Program-made: the position numbers and the translations under genes
Shown here: in pieces, positions 14,478 to 20,000 of the stretch
Position numbering within the stretch: the first letter of the stretch is position 1
How the letters are laid out: every line of letters starts with the position of its first letter
IMG/VR virus record: IMGVR_UViG_3300046468_001198
Length of the DNA: 20,000 bases
Strand: one strand, 5' to 3'
Source of the DNA: an uncultured virus (IMG/VR IMGVR_UViG_3300046468_001198)
Taxonomy: Duplodnaviria > Heunggongvirae > Uroviricota > Caudoviricetes
The notes under the pieces: generated by a model
The model's database searches: none
What the model was told of the DNA's origin: nothing
Seen by the model: the letters and a program-made list of their open reading frames with translations, nothing else

Positions 14478-15322
14478 TGTCCTACACCTGACCTCCGATA
14501 TGCTTCCTCCCATTCATCTAAACTCATAGGGTAAGCATGACTTGTTTCCCATCTTGCCATATTAGTTGCTAAGGCAATTGCCGCATCTTTGTTTGCAAGA
14601 TAGTTACCAACAACTTCGCCTGTGTTTATTCCTCTTCTTGCTAACCATGCAATGTATGTGCTTGCATTGTTGCCGCCGGTCCATCTTCTCATAGCTTCTG
14701 CAACTGTTTTGTTGACGTACATACTGCCGCCTAATAATGCAAACATAGCCGCGCCACCTGAAACTTTGTCAGGAAACTGTGCAATAAGATGTCCGCCGCC
14801 AATGACGCCGCCTCGTGTTCCTCCAAAGCGTGATTGCCATCCTGCTGGGTACATGCCGCCTGGGTTGTTGTATCTTACTGTTGCTTTATTTGATTCTCTA
14901 CCATTAAGGTTAGCCCCTGCTGGTTGTATGTCATCAACTGGAACAGCTGATGTATAATCAAATGTGCTGCCGCCCATTCCTTCATTGCCTGTTGGGCTAG
15001 GGTTTTCAATTTTGTCTGCTGTAGATAGTTTGTCTAATTCTTGTTCTGACATTGTATTACCTTGTCCAGTAATATTATTGTCTTTTTTGAATGCGCTAAC
15101 TGCTCTTGTAGTCCTTGGACCGTACTTGCCGTCAATACCTGTATTACCAACTGAGTATCCTAATTCTTCTAGTCTAGTTTGCATAGACTTGACTCTCTCT
15201 AAGTCTTCTCTAGGATAAGGAGGACCTGCTTGTAAGCCGGTTTCACTTGGACGATTAGGTTCTTGTCCTGCTCTTGAACCATCATCTGGTGCTTCAATTA
15301 ATTTAAAATCACTATATCTCAT
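14474..15322 (-). CDS. Peptidoglycan-binding domain + RxNNPG-type lysozyme-like domain protein
   Basis: PG_binding_1 signature VKSMQTRLEELGY...IDGKYGPRTTRAVSAFKK; C-terminal VRYNNPGG...TVAEAMRRW...YI...MARWE. Hydrolase activity is inferred. Confidence 0.75.
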   Translation of the reverse strand: MRYSDFKLIEAPDDGSRAGQEPNRPSETGLQAGPPYPREDLERVKSMQTRLEELGYSVGNTGIDGKYGPRTTRAVSAFKKDNNITGQGNTMSEQELDKLSTADKIENPSPTGNEGMGGSTFDYTSAVPVDDIQPAGANLNGRESNKATVRYNNPGGMYPAGWQSRFGGTRGGVIGGGHLIAQFPDKVSGGAAMFALLGGSMYVNKTVAEAMRRWTGGNNASTYIAWLARRGINTGEVVGNYLANKDAAIALATNMARWETSHAYPMSLDEWEEAYRRSGVGQ

Positions 15323-15573
15323 TTGCGTGAACCCCAGTCTGGTAATGGGCCTCCGTATTTTTTACCACGAATCTTCTTGCCGCCAACTTTAACTCGACGC
15401 TTGCCAATTTTATGACTCTTGTTTCCTTTACGGTTACGATAGCCTTGCGACTTACAACTAGCAAGGGCACTAGCACCAATAGCTTTATCGGGCTTATCAC
15501 CTAAACAAAGGTCTTTGCTTGCTCGCCAATCGTCTAACTGTTCGTCGTCTGTTAAAACTTCATCTACTCTCAT
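15319..15573 (-). CDS. Small basic phage protein (acidic N-terminus, K/R-rich C-terminus)
   Basis: TAAATA 5 nt upstream of the ATG; ATGA overlap with the next gene. Confidence 0.75.
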   Translation of the reverse strand: MRVDEVLTDDEQLDDWRASKDLCLGDKPDKAIGASALASCKSQGYRNRKGNKSHKIGKRRVKVGGKKIRGKKYGGPLPDWGSRK

Positions 15574-15587
15574 GTAGATATTTATCT

Positions 15588-15818
15588 TTAACGGTAACGG
15601 TCAGCTGGATTTTCGTAATTAGGAGTTTCGTTGCAAAGACGGAAGGTTAGGGCCTTTCTTGGGCCCTTGGTAGTGTTTATTGAGACTTCACCTGTTCTTT
15701 CATGATACTCTATCTTAGTAATTTTAGCCGGCTGATTGTTTTGGCCTACTAAAATAGTCTGTCCTAGCTCAAGGCTTAGGTTTAAGTTCTTTAATGTCAT
15801 TGGAGTCTCCTTCTGCAT
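15588..15818 (-). CDS. Small hypothetical protein (beta-rich)
   Basis: TATAAATA 5 nt before ATG 15818; an alternative ATG at 15800 has SD AAGGAG. Confidence 0.7.
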   Translation of the reverse strand: MQKETPMTLKNLNLSLELGQTILVGQNNQPAKITKIEYHERTGEVSINTTKGPRKALTFRLCNETPNYENPADRYR

Positions 15819-15839
15819 ATTAATATTTATATTTTTAAG

Positions 15840-15868
15840 TTGACAGTCTTACAAAAATGCTATATAAT
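15840..15868 (+). promoter_or_regulatory. Perfect-consensus sigma70 promoter
   Basis: TTGACA (15840-15845), 17 nt, TATAAT (15863-15868). Confidence 0.85.
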
Positions 15869-15895
15869 AAACATATACTTTAATGGAGATACATA

Positions 15896-16183
15896 ATGTA
15901 CGATTCAATCGATGATATCAAAGAAGGCACTAGTGTTGCTTGTATGTTTAAAACATTTACAATGCTTGACACATTTGGTCGTCCGCCAGGATTAAGCGAC
16001 ACACCGTTAAAAGGACCTGGTGAATACGAAAGCCTCGGTGTAATTAAAACTCGTGACAGTGAACAACGTTTAGTAGAAATTGAAGACACTAAATCAAAAA
16101 GAGTTTTTGTTGTGAGCTTTGACGATTGTTGGGATATCGATGATGTAGAATGGAATGAACCATTAGTCACATCAGAAGAATAA
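15896..16183 (+). CDS. Acidic hypothetical protein (95 aa), probably early
   Basis: GGAG SD; directly downstream of the consensus promoter. Confidence 0.8.
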   Translation: MYDSIDDIKEGTSVACMFKTFTMLDTFGRPPGLSDTPLKGPGEYESLGVIKTRDSEQRLVEIEDTKSKRVFVVSFDDCWDIDDVEWNEPLVTSEE

Positions 16184-16208
16184 CCTGCTAAAACAGTCTA
16201 AATACGAT

Positions 16209-17066
16209 ATGCAGATAAAAATTAAGACTGACACAACAGATCTGACTATACAACTAGCAAACACTCCTTTTGCAAAACAATGGGGTGTTTATGCACGAAC
16301 TCTTACCAAGGATAACTTTTATATCACACGACCTTGGAGCATGTTGCACAACGAAAATCTAGAACTTGCTGAGAAGGCTCATAGTAGTCTTGTAGAATGT
16401 ATAGACTATGTTTCACAACGCATAACTGATTATGATTGGAGTAAAACAAAAGATGCTGTGTCAGCTGTAATGCAGGATAGACAACAAAAACACTGTAACA
16501 CTATACATCGTGCTTTTACATTTATGACCCTAAAAGGTCATTTAAAAACATTTTATACACAAGAGCTAGATAGGCAAGTACACATTATTAACAGTGCTGT
16601 ACATGAATTAGAATCGTTTTATACCTATCAACAACTAGAAACTAGACAAAAGTTCAACGGACAAGTACAACAAATTCTATTTACAGATGCAGGTAACATG
16701 GAAGGTAAAGATTTTTCTATGTGGAACACAAACATAACTGAGCCGTTTGATCATACTACACAAGAAACAAACTATGACGTTTGGCTCAACGAAGATATAC
16801 TAGGCAAAGATCTAGTAAGATGTTTTTTAGACAACGACGATCCTAACAATCCGGACATCACAGGAAACTTGTTCTTAACACCTAGCCTGTATGTTGATAT
16901 AGATCGCATGTACGATAAAGTTTTAAACAGTATCGAGTTCAACGAATGGCATCAACGTCTGTGTCCTAACAAAACACTAGACAGATATCCTATTGGAAAT
17001 GTTATTGAACGTAACGGAGTACAGGTTAATCTAAATGAGCCTGTCAAGGAGTATTCAATTGAGTAA
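16209..17066 (+). CDS. Hypothetical protein heading the radical SAM operon
   Basis: 285-aa ORF with TAAATA 4 nt upstream; His/Asp/Glu clusters (NTIH, INSAVHELE, LGKD...DNDD). Confidence 0.8.
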   Translation: MQIKIKTDTTDLTIQLANTPFAKQWGVYARTLTKDNFYITRPWSMLHNENLELAEKAHSSLVECIDYVSQRITDYDWSKTKDAVSAVMQDRQQKHCNTIHRAFTFMTLKGHLKTFYTQELDRQVHIINSAVHELESFYTYQQLETRQKFNGQVQQILFTDAGNMEGKDFSMWNTNITEPFDHTTQETNYDVWLNEDILGKDLVRCFLDNDDPNNPDITGNLFLTPSLYVDIDRMYDKVLNSIEFNEWHQRLCPNKTLDRYPIGNVIERNGVQVNLNEPVKEYSIE

Positions 17067-18255
17067 CTGTAAAACTTGTATACTTCCATGGATACATCTA
17101 CACACATGGCCTAACAATGATGTTTACCCTTGCTGTCTAACTCCACAGTCGGATATTGTAGGTAACTTAGACACACAAACACTCAAAGAAGTATTCAACT
17201 CAGAGGGTATGCGAAGCATACGCAAAGACATGTTGAATGGCGTAGAGCCCCCTAGCTGTACCCGTTGCTTTGAACAAGAACGTGCTGGTTTGTTTAGTAT
17301 GCGAAACGACTCAAATGAACGTTTTAAACATCACAACAATCTAATAGCCACTACACAAGAAGACGGAACCGTAGATGATATGAATCTAGTCTATTGGGAC
17401 TTTAGATTCTCGAACATCTGCAACTTCAAATGTCGTTCATGTGGGCCACAACTGTCATCAGGGTGGTACAAAGATTTCAAACAACTCAACAATGGTGTGT
17501 TACCTCCCAACTGTCCAGACCCAGATAGACCCATTACCCTATGGGAACAACTAGAGCCATTGTTTGACTCTGTAGAACAGATATACTTTGCAGGGGGTGA
17601 ACCTTTGCTTATGGAAGAACACTATCGCATACTCAATCGTCTGATTGAAATGGGCAAGACCGATGTACACATACGCTACAACACCAACTTCTCAACAATG
17701 AAATACAAACGTCAAGATGTAATAGAACTATGGAAACACTTTTCAGATGTAAAAATAGACTGTAGCATAGATGGAATGAACCAACAGGGTGAATTTGTAC
17801 GCTCGGGTATGGATTGGCAACAGATACTAGACAATCGACAACGTCTTAGAGAACAAGCGCCGCACGTATGGTTTGGCATCAACTGCACAACATCAATACA
17901 AAATGCATACCATGTTGTAGACTTTTGGCGTTGGGCCTACACAACTAATTTTATAGACACTGCTGAACACTTTCATGTTAACCTAGTGCAAGATCCACAA
18001 TGGTTACGCATATCAGCACTGCCTCAACATCACAAGCAAGCACTAGCTGAACTCTATACCCAAGCTCAACAAGAATCATTGAGTGTGAACGCACCCAATA
18101 CTGCACGTGACTGGGCCAGTGCTGTAAAGTTTATGATGGCCACACAAGAAGACACTCTCCAAGAGTTTCGTTATAAAATGCTGTTGGTTGATAGACTGCG
18201 TGGCGAAGACTTTGCACAAACATTCCCTGAACTAGGAGACTTGATGTGCGAGTAG
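17035..18255 (+). CDS. Radical SAM protein with N-terminal SPASM/twitch domain
   Basis: CILPWIHL...PCC...CTRC, then DFRFSNICNFKCRSC, FAGGEP, YNTN and SIDG. The real start may be TTG 17059 (SD AAGGAG at 17046-17051). Confidence 0.9.
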   Translation: MSLSRSIQLSNCKTCILPWIHLHTWPNNDVYPCCLTPQSDIVGNLDTQTLKEVFNSEGMRSIRKDMLNGVEPPSCTRCFEQERAGLFSMRNDSNERFKHHNNLIATTQEDGTVDDMNLVYWDFRFSNICNFKCRSCGPQLSSGWYKDFKQLNNGVLPPNCPDPDRPITLWEQLEPLFDSVEQIYFAGGEPLLMEEHYRILNRLIEMGKTDVHIRYNTNFSTMKYKRQDVIELWKHFSDVKIDCSIDGMNQQGEFVRSGMDWQQILDNRQRLREQAPHVWFGINCTTSIQNAYHVVDFWRWAYTTNFIDTAEHFHVNLVQDPQWLRISALPQHHKQALAELYTQAQQESLSVNAPNTARDWASAVKFMMATQEDTLQEFRYKMLLVDRLRGEDFAQTFPELGDLMCE

Positions 18256-18836
18256 CTGTTGGTTGTTCATACACTGCGGGCATAGGCGTTGATGCTTGTG
18301 AAACATATCCTATTATTATGGGCTATGAAAATTGGGCCAAGCCTGGAGTAGATATCGAATGGTGCTTGTGGTCAGCACATCGTGCTGTAGAGCATGGTGC
18401 AACTGATCTAATATTTCAGCTTACTTCATGGGATAGATCTACCCTAGCCAACGAAGGCACACACAACTTTGCTCACAATAGAAGTTATACTGGCGAGCCT
18501 AGACTAGAACACTACACCATAGCAGACTACATTAATTCACATGATGCCAACTTCAAATGGTATTATGAAACACAAACACTGAGCAATTGGCGCACAGAAA
18601 ACCTAGCACAAAGACTGGTAGAGTTTCGCACATGGGCTGGTTGGAACGACTGTAGAGTACAGTTTGTTGATTGGTTGCCTAGACATCCTGGTGTTGATCC
18701 ACACCCATTGGTGCAAACACTGTTGCCCGCTCACAGCATATTGGATTGGTTGGGCAACGACTATTTCATAGACGATCACTATCATGTGAACGCAGGCGGA
18801 CATCTAAAGATAGCGAGAGAATACTTTGGAAAATAA
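18246..18836 (+). CDS. SGNH/GDSL-like hydrolase-fold phage protein
   Basis: VAVGCSYTAG...NWAKPG...FQLTSWDR...DHYHVNAGGH. Confidence 0.65.
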   Translation: MRVAVGCSYTAGIGVDACETYPIIMGYENWAKPGVDIEWCLWSAHRAVEHGATDLIFQLTSWDRSTLANEGTHNFAHNRSYTGEPRLEHYTIADYINSHDANFKWYYETQTLSNWRTENLAQRLVEFRTWAGWNDCRVQFVDWLPRHPGVDPHPLVQTLLPAHSILDWLGNDYFIDDHYHVNAGGHLKIAREYFGK

Positions 18837-19920
18837 GCCCTGTCTACTGCCGTTTATACACATAGAAACAACACCCACAGGTGGTGCTAGACCCTGCTGT
18901 CAATGGCAAGGCACAGACGTAGGCAATTTCAACACACAAACACTTGACGAGATATGGCAGGGCGAACCTTTGGAAACACTGCGCGAACAGTTCCGTAAAG
19001 GCCGACGGCCTGCGGGTTGCACCAACTGTTGGCGTGCCGAAGCCAGTGGCTACACATCAAAACGACTGAACGACAATCAACGTTTTGCTCACTACGCTCA
19101 CGGAGTCACACTTGATGCACCTGTGTATTTGGATCTAAAGCTGGGCAGTCTCTGCAACATCAAATGTCGTATATGCTCAACTGAATACTCACACAAATGG
19201 CAAGAGGATGAAACACTGATATATGGTGCTCCCAAACATCGTACTGTGTTGGGCTGGATGGACGAAACTTCACAGTTTTGGCAGGACCTAGCTGGTATAG
19301 CACACACCATAGAGTTCATTGACTTCACAGGTGGAGAGCCGTTTCTAGTCAAAGGACACTGGCGATTGTTGGAACGTCTTGTGGAACTAGGAGTGGCTCA
19401 CAACATCTCAGTACACTACAACACCAACGGCACTGTGTTGCCCAAGCAGAGACACCTATGGAGCAAGTTCAAGTATGTTGAGGTTATGTATTCATTTGAC
19501 GGTGTGGGAGCCAAGTTCAACTATCAAAGACACCCTGCTGATTGGCACACATGCCAACAGAACTTTCAAACTGTGCTAGATGAAGGTGTAGCTCGAGTGC
19601 AACTGTGTCATACTGTGAACATATTCAATGTGTTGGACATGCAGGAGTTTGCTGAGTGGGCTCCCTGTGAAGTCTATTGGAACATGCTGTATGGTCCTGG
19701 TCACTACTCAATACAGAACCTTCCTGAACCAGTAAAGAATCAAATAGCACACACTATTCCAAGATCAGACATACGCAACTACATGACAGCTGAACCACAA
19801 GACACCAACAACTGGCGTACCTTTTGGAGTCTTACTGGAGAATTGGATCAAATACGCAAGGAAACATTTGCACACACATTCCCCGAATTATACGCACTTA
19901 TTGAACCATACAAACCCTAG
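18826..19920 (+). CDS. Second radical SAM protein with N-terminal SPASM/twitch domain
   Basis: CLLPFIHI...PCC...CTNC, then DLKLGSLCNIKCRIC, FTGGEP, YNTNG and SFDG; TTG start. Confidence 0.9.
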   Translation: MENKPCLLPFIHIETTPTGGARPCCQWQGTDVGNFNTQTLDEIWQGEPLETLREQFRKGRRPAGCTNCWRAEASGYTSKRLNDNQRFAHYAHGVTLDAPVYLDLKLGSLCNIKCRICSTEYSHKWQEDETLIYGAPKHRTVLGWMDETSQFWQDLAGIAHTIEFIDFTGGEPFLVKGHWRLLERLVELGVAHNISVHYNTNGTVLPKQRHLWSKFKYVEVMYSFDGVGAKFNYQRHPADWHTCQQNFQTVLDEGVARVQLCHTVNIFNVLDMQEFAEWAPCEVYWNMLYGPGHYSIQNLPEPVKNQIAHTIPRSDIRNYMTAEPQDTNNWRTFWSLTGELDQIRKETFAHTFPELYALIEPYKP

Positions 19921-19949
19921 TAAATACTTCTACACTGAAAGGAGCACCA

Positions 19950-20000
19950 ATGCCTCTCACACTGTATAGAGTATACGATCGCACTGATCAAAACACACTA
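19950..20000 (+). CDS. 5' fragment of the next gene (MPLTLYRVYDRTDQNTL...)
   Basis: TAAATA (19921-19926), SD AAAGGAG and ATG 19950; frame open to the window edge. Confidence 0.6.
   Translation, partial: MPLTLYRVYDRTDQNTL

Noticed and set aside
2357..19352. Other ORF-track entries on the opposite strand or in alternative frames (e.g. 2357, 3248, 3297, 3677, 4315, 4558, 5279, 5805, 6694, 7290, 7478, 8890, 11338, 13209, 14622, 14964, 15312, 15880, 18603, 19098)
   Set aside because: They overlap better-supported genes, show no recognisable motifs and have no evident start signals.
1..20000. Stop-codon reassignment, CRISPR array, tRNA/rRNA genes
   Set aside because: Recognisable proteins are full length in the standard code, and TAA, TAG and TGA all end genes at sensible positions. 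No repeat-spacer array or tRNA/rRNA signature was seen.

Overview
This window is most consistent with a large T4-like (jumbo) bacteriophage of marine Alphaproteobacteria, probably Rhodobacteraceae/Roseobacter-like hosts; the host is inferred from the host-derived genes. Evidence for phage origin: dense, overlapping genes, TAAATA/TATAAATA late-promoter boxes alongside canonical sigma70 promoters, and virion-type proteins with short N-terminal leaders ending in L-x-E. The window carries many host-like auxiliary genes: prs, a PiT-fold transporter, DUF1127, pseudoazurin, an aa3 oxidase subunit IV-like peptide, ALA synthase (hemA), YbaN/DUF454 and YqgE/AlgH. It also has three radical SAM/SPASM enzymes, two SGNH-like proteins, a 2OG-Fe(II) oxygenase, a lipase, an HNH nuclease and a peptidoglycan-binding hydrolase. 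The most interesting part is 5010-7520, much of which the ORF track misses. It holds a LysR-type dyad pair placed like an activator site on a TTGATT-17-TATAAT promoter, a ~170-nt structured leader, and five small ORFs chained by four TAATG overlaps around a DUF1127 gene, followed by a pseudoazurin/CoxIV-like/His-TM-peptide unit. At least six genes have TAAATA exactly 5 nt before the ATG, implying leaderless late mRNAs. All family assignments come from reading motifs by eye; no searches were run.
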